DNA of 40,000 bases from Clostridiales bacterium (GTDB lineage: Bacteria; Bacillota; Clostridia; TANB77; CAG-508). The position numbers were made by a program, and so were the translations under genes. Within the stretch, counting starts at the first letter, position 1, and every line of letters begins with the position of its first letter. Positions 8,908 through 17,567 of the stretch are shown here, piece by piece. Location: the NCBI GenBank assembly GCA_013333035.2, contig JABCPQ020000017.1:1-40000 (forward strand), in the 5' to 3' direction. Under the pieces are notes generated by a model. That model saw only the letters and a list, made by a program, of their open reading frames with translations, was not told the origin of the DNA and ran no database searches.

Positions 8908-10522
8908 ATGTCAAAAACAACAAAAGGTTATGTAAGCTTCGTATTACACGCACATTTGCCATTCATACATCACCCTGAAAATGAAAATTACCTTGAAGAA
9001 CAATGGTTATTTGAAGCAATATCAGAAACATACATACCACTATTAAAAAAATTTTCAAAAATTAGTAGATGAAAAAGTAAATTTTAGATTTACAATGTCT
9101 TTAACACCACCATTGTTAAACATGTTAGACAATAAATTACTACAAGAGCGTTATATTAAATATTTAAAAAAACATATAGAACTTTCAAAAAAAGAAATTG
9201 AAAGAACAAAATTTGATGAAAGAATTAATACCCTATCAAAATATTATTACAATAGATATTCAGATGATTTAGAATTCTTCCAAGATTATTGTAATTGTAA
9301 TATTATAAATGAATTTAAAAAATTTAATGACTTAGGCGTTTTAGAAATAATTGGTTGTGGTGCAACACATGGCTACTTCCCCATTTTATATGTTAATGAA
9401 ACAACTATTAGAGCGCAAATAGCCCTTGGAGTACAAACATATTATAAATATTTCACAAAACCACTAAAAGGTTTTTGGCTACCAGAATGTGGATATGTAC
9501 CAGAATCAGATAAATATTTAAAGGAATTTGGAATTCAATACATTATTGTAGAAACACATGGAATTTTATATGCAGACCCTACACCATTATATGGAACTTA
9601 TGCTCCAATAATATCACCACAAGGAATTATAGCCTTTGGAAGAGACATAGAATCATCTCGTCAAGTATGGAGTTCAATAAATGGTTACCCTGGAGATTAT
9701 AATTATAGAGAATTCTATAGAGATATTGGATATGAAGCACCTTATGAATACATTAAACCATACATAACACATGACGGAATACGTGTACCAACTGGAATCA
9801 AATACCATAGAATTACAGGAAAAACAGATAATAAAGATATTTATAATTTACAATGGGCACAAGATTCTATAAATAATCAAGCAGGCCATTTCTTTGATTG
9901 TAGAACAAAACAAATTGAAGAACTATCAAAAAACACATTAAATCCACCAATAATACTATGCCCCTATGATGCAGAATTATATGGACACTGGTGGTATGAA
10001 GGTCCTCAATGGTTATACATATTAGCCAAAAAGATATATTACGATAATTGTAATTTTGAATTAATAACTCCAAGCGAATATATTGATAAATACCCTACAA
10101 TGCAAATTTCAAATATTTGTCGTTCAAGCTGGGGTGCAAATGGATATAGTTATGTATGGCTAAACCAATCAAATGATTATATACACAAACATTTGCATAT
10201 AGCAGGAGACAAAATGTGTGAATTAGCTTCAAAATTTCCAAATGAGCCCAAGAAATCAATAAATAGAAGAATTCTAAACCAATGTGCCAGAGAACTAGTA
10301 CTTGCACAAAGTAGTGATTGGTTATTTATCATAACAAATGGAACAATGGTTGAATACGCTAAAAAAAGGATTAAAGACCACATTGGTAGATTCAATAAAC
10401 TATCAAATTGGCTATTAACAAATCAAAAATTAACCAAAGATGATTTTAAATTCTTAAAATTCATAGAAAAAATAGACTGTATTTTTCCAGAAATAAATTA
10501 TGAACTATATAAAAAGACCTAA
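8908..10522 (+). pseudogene. GH57-family 1,4-alpha-glucan branching enzyme-like gene interrupted by a +1 frameshift in an A-tract
   Basis: Frame 1 (8908-9072) gives MSKTTKGYVSFVLHAHLPFIHHPENENYLEEQWLFEAISETYIPLLKKFSKISR*. This is the GH57 N-terminus (HAHLPF region I), preceded by an AAGGAA RBS. Frame 2 continues as (K)LVDEKVNFRFTMSLTPPLLNML..., with WLPECGY (nucleophile Glu) and YDAELYGHWW (acid/base Asp) both present. Frame 2 is open only from 9047, so the shift lies within 9047-9069 (A7 at 9045-9051, A5 at 9057-9061). Confidence 0.85.
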
Positions 10523-10547
10523 ATGACAAGCATTAGGTCTTTTTATT
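10511..10547. terminator. bidirectional terminator between GH57 and mtnN
   Basis: AAAGACCTA (10513-10521) / TAGGTCTTT (10534-10542) form a perfect 9-bp stem, flanked by an A-run upstream and a T-run downstream. Confidence 0.7.
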
Positions 10548-11233
10548 TACATATTTTTTGATAATTCATAAACAATCTTAGCACAATTTTTAGATGCTAA
10601 CTTTAAAAACTCATTAAAATCTATATGATTATTACCATTAGGCTTATCAGAAATAGATCTAATAATACAAAATGGTTTATTGGACATATAACAAACTTGA
10701 GCAACTGCTGCACCTTCCATTTCAACACAATCTGCTCCAAACTCAGATACTATATTATCTTTCACTTTAACATCTAAAATAAACTGATCACCAGAAGCTA
10801 CAACTCCACTCTTCAATTTTATATTAGCAATATTAAGATTAATCAATTTGTTAACAAATACCTCATTACAAATAAAATACTTCCCAACATCAGGAATAAA
10901 TCCTCTTTCTCTTCCAAACGCTGTCACATCAAAATCATGTTGTACGACTTTACTAGCAACTATCACATCACCAATATCCAGTTCATCATTAATACTTCCA
11001 GCACTACCTACATTTAAAATAAAATCAATATCAAAATTATCTATCAAAATTTGAGTCGTTCTAGCCGCATTAACTTTACCAACACCGGATTTAACCAAAA
11101 CAATATTTACATTATTAATAATACCCAAAACAAATTCTAAATCATAAATTTTTTTAATATTTATTTTTTCAAGAACATCAATAATAGCTTTATATTCCTC
11201 ATTTTCTGCAACAATTATTCCAAAATTATTCAT
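10547..11233 (-). CDS. mtnN: 5'-methylthioadenosine/S-adenosylhomocysteine nucleosidase
   Basis: FGIIVAENEE, VKSGVGKVNAA, GSAGS and VEMEGAAVAQVC are hallmarks of the Pfs/MtnN family. Length 228 aa. Confidence 0.85.
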   Translation of the reverse strand: MNNFGIIVAENEEYKAIIDVLEKINIKKIYDLEFVLGIINNVNIVLVKSGVGKVNAARTTQILIDNFDIDFILNVGSAGSINDELDIGDVIVASKVVQHDFDVTAFGRERGFIPDVGKYFICNEVFVNKLINLNIANIKLKSGVVASGDQFILDVKVKDNIVSEFGADCVEMEGAAVAQVCYMSNKPFCIIRSISDKPNGNNHIDFNEFLKLASKNCAKIVYELSKNM

Positions 11234-11248
11234 AACATTCCAATCCTA

Positions 11249-12520
11249 TTAATTTTGTTCTGGTGCCTGACGATCATCCTTATTTTGATTTCTATCAACA
11301 GGTCTTCTTATTATTCCCTCATATTCATCAATTAAATCTTTAGCATCTTTTTGTTTTGAATCAATAACATTAGCTTTAGCTAGTTTAACAATATTATTAA
11401 ATTCATCCATATTACCATTAAGTTCATGATACAATCTTCTAGATACTTCTGGATCTAATACTCCATTTTTTAAATATATTTCAGAATCAGTTGCAATTAA
11501 ATCAGACTTCATTAAATGATTACTTCTATCTTCACAACTATTAACCATTCTATTATCTTCTTCAATTTCATCTCTTGTTACATAATATCTATCAAGCAAT
11601 TTCATCATTTTATCATTATTATAAGATCTAGAATTTGCAATAACTGCGCCTATTGGATTTTTAGATAACATATTTCTATTATAAGTTATTTCAAATTTAC
11701 CAAATTGATTTATATTAACGGATAAGCCTTCATCAATATTTAGCATACCAGAAATATATATACCAGTTTGTGAAACATTCTCTCTTATAACTCCATCTCT
11801 ATCCATAACATTAGTCTTATATTGTGTATTTGGGAACTGTTTTAATTGAATTGGTGTCAATTCACCTCTTTCATTAGAACCATATGCAACAACTCTATTA
11901 TTAAGATCTTTTGCAAACAAAATCTTATCATAGTTCCCACCAAGCATAGAATTTAATGAATCATGGTGTGTTAAAGCTTCATTACCTTTAAATTCTCCAA
12001 GTAAATTTGATTTATTAATATTATCAATTTTTAATTTTGCATCTTGTATATCTTTTACATTATATTCTGTAATATCAATATCATTAGAATTAACATTTAT
12101 ACTATTTGCAATTGCATCAATTCTTGCTTTATCATATTTATTATTAGTAATTTCTCTAGCTGATATTTCTTTGTTACTTTCAAATTTATCTAAAAATTGA
12201 TTAACTGCTTCAGGATTTTTAGAATATTCGCTACCTAAACCTTTTGTAGAAAAAATAGGAATACCGTATTTAGAAGAATCAGTAAGAATATATTTAGCAT
12301 CACCACCATAATAACTCTTTCTGTCATTACCATCCCTATCTCTTTCAACCACTTCATAAATAACTTTACCATCAACTTTAGCCATAGAAATATCTACTAG
12401 ATCAACTCCCTCTCTAATAAATCTTTCTTTATTTTCAGTATAAATCTCTCTAATCTTACCAATAAGCAACTTTTCAACTTCAGAATTATTTATTTCATTT
12501 AATCTTTCATTATTTTCCAT
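11249..12520 (-). CDS. hypothetical protein, 423 aa, soluble, Asn/Asp/Lys-rich, no motif recognised
   Basis: Long uninterrupted ORF. It starts 14 nt after the DnaB-like stop and ends 15 nt before mtnN. No TM segment, signal peptide or catalytic motif was recognised by eye. Confidence 0.6.
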   Translation of the reverse strand: MENNERLNEINNSEVEKLLIGKIREIYTENKERFIREGVDLVDISMAKVDGKVIYEVVERDRDGNDRKSYYGGDAKYILTDSSKYGIPIFSTKGLGSEYSKNPEAVNQFLDKFESNKEISAREITNNKYDKARIDAIANSINVNSNDIDITEYNVKDIQDAKLKIDNINKSNLLGEFKGNEALTHHDSLNSMLGGNYDKILFAKDLNNRVVAYGSNERGELTPIQLKQFPNTQYKTNVMDRDGVIRENVSQTGIYISGMLNIDEGLSVNINQFGKFEITYNRNMLSKNPIGAVIANSRSYNNDKMMKLLDRYYVTRDEIEEDNRMVNSCEDRSNHLMKSDLIATDSEIYLKNGVLDPEVSRRLYHELNGNMDEFNNIVKLAKANVIDSKQKDAKDLIDEYEGIIRRPVDRNQNKDDRQAPEQN

Positions 12521-12534
12521 ATCAAGCTCCTATA

Positions 12535-14205
12535 TTATTGACCACCCTCATAAGGACGATTTTTTAGTCTCAAATATCCTAATTCTTCCCAATAATTATA
12601 TGCTAAATTCAATCTAAATAATAGTTTTGGTTTTGGGCCAGCTCTATTTTTATCAATAACACATGCATAATAACGAACATCAGGATTTTTAAACCTTTGT
12701 AAATCAAATGCTTTTTCATCAGTTTCATTTATTGAATATTGGTATTCATCAAAATTTTCACTTCTAATTTGTTTAAACAAACAAAGTGTATCAAGAACTT
12801 CTTTAACAGTTCTACTAACAGCCATATCATTAACACTTAAGTTAATAGGATCAGTTTGAGTCTCAGCAAGCTGTAAAGTAGTTCCAATGTATATATTAAA
12901 ATTTTGAGCAATATTTGACAAAATAGTTGCAGTCTTCTTTAACTCTTCACCATTTCCAATATTATTAATATCTGTTTTCATTGTATCATAAAATACATAT
13001 CCAACATTTTCTTTATAATAGTAATTCATTATAACTTTTTTTAATTCATCATTTGTATGATCAGTAATATTAATAAAATGAATTGAATTATACAAATTAT
13101 CATTATACCAATTAGTAACATTAATAACTCTGTTAAACTCTGTAGAAACTCTCTTCAATCTCTCAGCAAAATCACGAGAGCTCTCTCCGTCATTTCTTTG
13201 TACATATCCATCTTTATCAACTTGAACAGATTTAGGATCATCAGGTCTAAACTTCAAATCTAATAATTGATTTTCAGAAACTCTAACTCTTTGACCATGA
13301 ATCTTTTGAATATCAGGACTATTAATTATAGTTGTAATTAAGCAAAGTTTCATCTTTTCTTCAGACATCTCATTAGAAATTATCAAAACTTTCTTTTTAT
13401 GTACAATAGCAATATATGCAGCTAAATATGTAGTATATCTACTTTTACCACAGTTAGAAGGCATTGCAAATGAAGAAGTTTCTCCCCTTCTAATACCTTT
13501 AAAAACTGTCGATAATATTTTAAATGGTATTGAAAGACCACTATTTAATGTACCCTCACCATCAATCAAGAAATCAGTTAATCCTTTATTAAGTACAGAT
13601 CTCTTAAATTTTTCTGTATCTAAGATTTGTTGAATAGCAGCTTTTACATCATCAACACTCATCTTATCATATAATTCATAATCCAAAATTTCGACAATTT
13701 TAGCTTGTATATTTTTTTCCGGTGTTTCCAAATAAACTTTTCTTAATTGAAATAACTTACTTAATTCAATATAAACTTTCTCAATATCTAACTTTGAATT
13801 TTCGAACTCTGTTCTAACATCAATCTTTAATTGATACAATTGAGGAGATTCTTTAGCAAAATTAAATCTCTCCTTTGCCGGAATTGGAGCATACTTCTCA
13901 CCATCTGTAAACAATACTTTTTTATATAAATCCAAATACTCTTCATTTGCAAAAAAACAATCTTCATATTTAAAATTATATACCGAAATCGCTCTTACTT
14001 GATTTAATAATAATCCAACAAATTCTCTTTCAAGTGTTGTATCACCTAATTTTCCTGTAAATGTAACAGTATCTTCTTCCTTTTTAGAAAAAGATTGTTC
14101 ATCTGCAATCTGTGCAAGAGTCTTTTCCTCATCTTGATTTGCAAGTGTAATCGCTGCTAAAATTTCCTCATTCTTTTTCTTAGATTTATCAATACCTTCA
14201 GCCAT
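12535..14205 (-). CDS. divergent DnaB-family (RecA-fold) replicative-helicase-like ATPase
   Basis: DnaB-like NTD (LEREFVGLLLN ... FFANEEYLDLYKKV). Walker A region SFAMPSNCGKS (cf ARPSMGKT). H1a ISNEMSEEKM (cf SLEMS). Walker B VGYVFYDTM. H3 IGTTLQLAE. Arg-finger region VIDKNRAGPKPK (cf KNRNGPTG). Start placed at the ATG at 14205 (GGAGAGG 8 nt upstream), because the ORF-track ATG at 14223 lies about 5 nt from the predicted TSS. Confidence 0.7.
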   Translation of the reverse strand: MAEGIDKSKKKNEEILAAITLANQDEEKTLAQIADEQSFSKKEEDTVTFTGKLGDTTLEREFVGLLLNQVRAISVYNFKYEDCFFANEEYLDLYKKVLFTDGEKYAPIPAKERFNFAKESPQLYQLKIDVRTEFENSKLDIEKVYIELSKLFQLRKVYLETPEKNIQAKIVEILDYELYDKMSVDDVKAAIQQILDTEKFKRSVLNKGLTDFLIDGEGTLNSGLSIPFKILSTVFKGIRRGETSSFAMPSNCGKSRYTTYLAAYIAIVHKKKVLIISNEMSEEKMKLCLITTIINSPDIQKIHGQRVRVSENQLLDLKFRPDDPKSVQVDKDGYVQRNDGESSRDFAERLKRVSTEFNRVINVTNWYNDNLYNSIHFINITDHTNDELKKVIMNYYYKENVGYVFYDTMKTDINNIGNGEELKKTATILSNIAQNFNIYIGTTLQLAETQTDPINLSVNDMAVSRTVKEVLDTLCLFKQIRSENFDEYQYSINETDEKAFDLQRFKNPDVRYYACVIDKNRAGPKPKLLFRLNLAYNYWEELGYLRLKNRPYEGGQ

Positions 14206-14234
14206 AATCATAACCTCTCCCATAATCTATAAAT

Positions 14235-14263
14235 ATTATATGAATTTATAGCATTGATGTCAA
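14235..14263 (-). promoter_or_regulatory. consensus SigA promoter driving the DnaB-like / 423-aa / mtnN unit
   Basis: Minus strand: TTGACA (14263-14258), exactly 17 nt, TATAAT (14240-14235). Both hexamers are perfect. Confidence 0.75.
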
Positions 14264-14267
14264 TTAA

Positions 14268-15752
14268 TTATTTAGTTAAACTCTTTATAATATTAATCTT
14301 TGAATTACTAAAATTATTTCTATCAATTAATCCATAATCATTTAAATATCCATTATCCCACCAAATAGTTTTAATACCATATTTAGCAGCAATTGATACA
14401 TAACCACCAGCATGATTAACACGAAAATCATCATCATATTCAGATGCCTTTGTTCCAAATTCACCTATAATAACAGGAGCATTTATAGAATTTTTAAAAT
14501 TAACTACTCTTTGCATTGATCTATCAAGATATTTTCCAACCTTTGGACTATATTTATGAACAGTTACAATAATTCTATCATCAACAACATCTTTTGGTAA
14601 TTTAAAAGCACCAGTTGCATTTGGCAACTCAGAATCCAATAAAGTTGGAACCATCAAAATTCTTTGTCCATTATATCCACCTGTACTTCTAACAACATTC
14701 ACAAATAATTGATTTAATTCATTCAATTGTTCAGCTGCAACATCACCATATTTCCAAGTATCATAAGCATTATCAATTTCATTATATGATTCAAAAATAA
14801 GTCGTCCATCAATATCTGAAAAATAATCTGCAATTTGTTTCCACATAGTTTTTGCTCTATTTTTAATCACTTTAAATTCAACATCATTAGTACCAGCATA
14901 AATCGATTTTTCATGATGAGTATTTATAATAACATTTAAACCAGAATCCAAAGCATATTGAACAACTTCTCTAACTCTTTCCATCCACTCTTTTTTTATT
15001 ACAATAGTACCATCAGAATTCATCTCAGAATGAACATCCCATGTAACAGGAATTCTCACAGTATCAAATCCAACAGATTTAACATATTCAAACAATTCCT
15101 TCGTAACTTTAGGATTTTTCCAATATGTTTCTAAAAACATTCTAGAATCACCATTTGGAACGCCATAATAAGGTTCCAAAGTATTTCCTAAATTCCAACC
15201 AATTTTCATTTTATCAACAAACTCTTTAGCACCAATAACATGTTTCTTATCTTCACCATTATCAGGTATTTTTTCATCATCAATTACTTTATCATCTGGC
15301 AAATCTATAGGATTCAATCTTAATCCAAACTTCCCAGCTATATCTAACTTTTGATATATTCTAAATGTACCTTTTTTATTAATTGAATACATACTTAATC
15401 TAAAAAAACTTGTATTATTATCAACAATAAAAATATCTCCATTTTTTAGTTCTGTACTTTTAATATATCTATTTTCTCTATCAAACTCAGTAATTGAAAT
15501 ACAATATTCATTATCAACAATTTCAACATTATATTTTTTATGAGAAAATTTTAAATTTTTATTAATTCTAATACCTGGACTAAATCTAACCGCAAGTCCA
15601 TTCTTAGGTTTATATACACCACTTTCCCAAACATTCAAATCACTTAAATTCAAATTTTCTACAAATTCATATTCAGTAGCATATACACTACTACACACAT
15701 TTAGTAAAACAATTGTTAATACTAAAAAAAACATTAAAAATAACTTTTTCAT
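14268..15752 (-). CDS. secreted GH5-family glycoside hydrolase (endoglucanase/cellulase-like) with an N-terminal domain of unknown function
   Basis: Signal peptide MKKLFLMFFLVLTIVLLNVCSSVYA. GH5 motifs GWNLGNTLE, INTHHE, ESYNEI (acid/base Glu) and IIGEFGT (nucleophile Glu). Residues ~26-170 match nothing I recognise. Confidence 0.85.
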   Translation of the reverse strand: MKKLFLMFFLVLTIVLLNVCSSVYATEYEFVENLNLSDLNVWESGVYKPKNGLAVRFSPGIRINKNLKFSHKKYNVEIVDNEYCISITEFDRENRYIKSTELKNGDIFIVDNNTSFFRLSMYSINKKGTFRIYQKLDIAGKFGLRLNPIDLPDDKVIDDEKIPDNGEDKKHVIGAKEFVDKMKIGWNLGNTLEPYYGVPNGDSRMFLETYWKNPKVTKELFEYVKSVGFDTVRIPVTWDVHSEMNSDGTIVIKKEWMERVREVVQYALDSGLNVIINTHHEKSIYAGTNDVEFKVIKNRAKTMWKQIADYFSDIDGRLIFESYNEIDNAYDTWKYGDVAAEQLNELNQLFVNVVRSTGGYNGQRILMVPTLLDSELPNATGAFKLPKDVVDDRIIVTVHKYSPKVGKYLDRSMQRVVNFKNSINAPVIIGEFGTKASEYDDDFRVNHAGGYVSIAAKYGIKTIWWDNGYLNDYGLIDRNNFSNSKINIIKSLTK

Positions 15753-15864
15753 AAATCCTCCAAATTTTTATAAACTACTCACAATTCTACCATTTTCTAG
15801 TATCTATGTCAACTTTCATTAATTTAATAATTACCACTCAATCATTATTTTAAGCCATTTCCTA

Positions 15865-15893
15865 TGGACATTTATGTAAATATGTGCTATACT
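15865..15893 (+). promoter_or_regulatory. promoter of the 536-aa gene
   Basis: TGGACA (15865-15870), 17 nt, TATACT (15888-15893), with an extended-10 TGc (15885-15887). AGGAGG RBS at 15913-15918. Confidence 0.6.
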
Positions 15894-15922
15894 AAACTGA
15901 GCGCTAAAAAATAGGAGGTTTT

Positions 15923-17533
15923 ATGTTACGCCAACATGAAGGGTTATATGAATCAATAATATATCAAGAAGATCCATTAATCCCATACAACAAATCTTTA
16001 CAAAAACATAAAGAATTAAGAGAAAATCAAGAATATATAAATAAAGGAATATCATTAACAATAAACTTTTTAGAATCATTTCAACAATTATATCCAAATA
16101 TACCTGTTAGAGATATACCTTTTAGAGTTAAATCATTATCAAGTATTGACAATAAAATAAAAAACTTGATTCTTGAACGTCTATCAAAATTAGCTCTTTT
16201 AAATGCTGAAACTCCAGAAAAATTTATATATTATATCAAAAGTAAAAATAAACAATTAGAAGAATCAAATAAAGAAAAAATAAATATTGATTATAGAGAA
16301 TTTTATCATTTCATAAGAGAAAGAATTGATGAATCAACAAGTAGTATTTCAAAAAAAGTAAGCTGTTATAAACAATTAGACATTTTAGAAAAAAACTATA
16401 TATCAAGCCAAAATCAATATCATGATATTGTAGCAACATTATTAAATAACACAGCACTATCATCAACAACAAAAACATACCTTTCTAGAATGATTTATGC
16501 AAAAATTAAATTAAGTCCTCTACTTTTTGATAAAGAAAAAGAAGCTCTTTTATTTGATTTAACAACAAATTACGGAGAAATAGGAAAAAGATTTAATAAT
16601 AATACAGATGTATTAGATTTAAATTCTGTCACAAGAATATTAGATACAGATAAATCAATTCATAATTTAACATTAACAAATTATGACAATAGATTTACAT
16701 CAAAATTTGATAGATTACTTGATGAACAAGAATTCCTAAGGTCATTGGATTTACTAGCTTTCACATTAATCATCGATAACATTCCAAAACACACTAAAAT
16801 CCCTGGATTAAAACTATTCAATGATTTAATTAAAGCACGAGATAATGAAACAGACAACGAAAAACGCCATAATTTAGAGCAACATGCAATCCTTGTATTA
16901 GGTCAAGATTTCTTTTCTAAAATTTCGAATAAAGAAATACCTTTTCTAGAAGATAACAATGCAAAAGAAATCATTGATATGCTAAAACATAAATATAAAC
17001 CAGGATATTTAGCAGAACACAATAAGTTTGAATTATCTAACAATCAACTATATTCAATAGAATCACAAATCAAATCAGGATATATATATGACACAACAAA
17101 TGAAAAAAGAATTGCAGATAAAGTAACAGACAAAGCTTTAGCATTACATGCATCAAGACCTGGCAAAAGCAGAGAATTACCACATGCTTTAATTAGATAT
17201 GATGCTTCAGAAGTCTTTAAAATATCTACGCAATCAATATCAGAAATTTTAAGTGAATTAAGCTACAAAGAACCATACTTCTATAAAATAGATAAAACAA
17301 CACATGAAATAAAAAAATATAATCATTTAGAAAACACATTAAAATTAAATGATGATTTAATATATAATCAACCAGAAATGAAAGACTTATTAATAGCTTT
17401 TTATGACAGATCTACTATGTTATTTAATCAAAAAATACAATCTACAAATCAAAAATATAAAATTGTAAAAGCTCCAACAATAAAACAAACTATTAATAAG
17501 GTAAATAATGAATCATTAGCAGATTATAATTAA
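15923..17533 (+). CDS. hypothetical 536-aa protein with a RelA/SpoT (RSH)-like motif series; function unproven
   Basis: It has a strong RBS, its own promoter and its own terminator. Motifs read by eye: R68VKSLSSIDNKIK, D276LLAFTLII, G361YLAEH366 and E380SQIKS. See the findings section. Confidence 0.6.
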   Translation: MLRQHEGLYESIIYQEDPLIPYNKSLQKHKELRENQEYINKGISLTINFLESFQQLYPNIPVRDIPFRVKSLSSIDNKIKNLILERLSKLALLNAETPEKFIYYIKSKNKQLEESNKEKINIDYREFYHFIRERIDESTSSISKKVSCYKQLDILEKNYISSQNQYHDIVATLLNNTALSSTTKTYLSRMIYAKIKLSPLLFDKEKEALLFDLTTNYGEIGKRFNNNTDVLDLNSVTRILDTDKSIHNLTLTNYDNRFTSKFDRLLDEQEFLRSLDLLAFTLIIDNIPKHTKIPGLKLFNDLIKARDNETDNEKRHNLEQHAILVLGQDFFSKISNKEIPFLEDNNAKEIIDMLKHKYKPGYLAEHNKFELSNNQLYSIESQIKSGYIYDTTNEKRIADKVTDKALALHASRPGKSRELPHALIRYDASEVFKISTQSISEILSELSYKEPYFYKIDKTTHEIKKYNHLENTLKLNDDLIYNQPEMKDLLIAFYDRSTMLFNQKIQSTNQKYKIVKAPTIKQTINKVNNESLADYN

Positions 17534-17534
17534 C

Positions 17535-17567
17535 AAAAAATAAGCTCTACAAAGAGCTTATTTTTTT
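17535..17567. terminator. bidirectional terminator between the 536-aa gene and the DtxR-family gene
   Basis: TAAGCTCT (17541-17548) / AGAGCTTA (17553-17560), loop ACAA. A6 lies upstream and T7 downstream. Confidence 0.8.

Noticed and set aside
9043-9051. A AAA AAA heptamer as a programmed -1 ribosomal frameshift site in GH57
   Set aside because: The downstream frame is +1 relative to the upstream frame (codon starts move from 1 mod 3 to 2 mod 3). A -1 slip would enter the wrong frame, which is closed. Only deletion of one A, or a +1 event, restores the protein.
9867-10395. Three minus-strand ORFs (68-72 aa) inside the GH57 gene
   Set aside because: They are antisense to a CDS with clear GH57 catalytic motifs. 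They have hydrophobic junk composition and no RBS.
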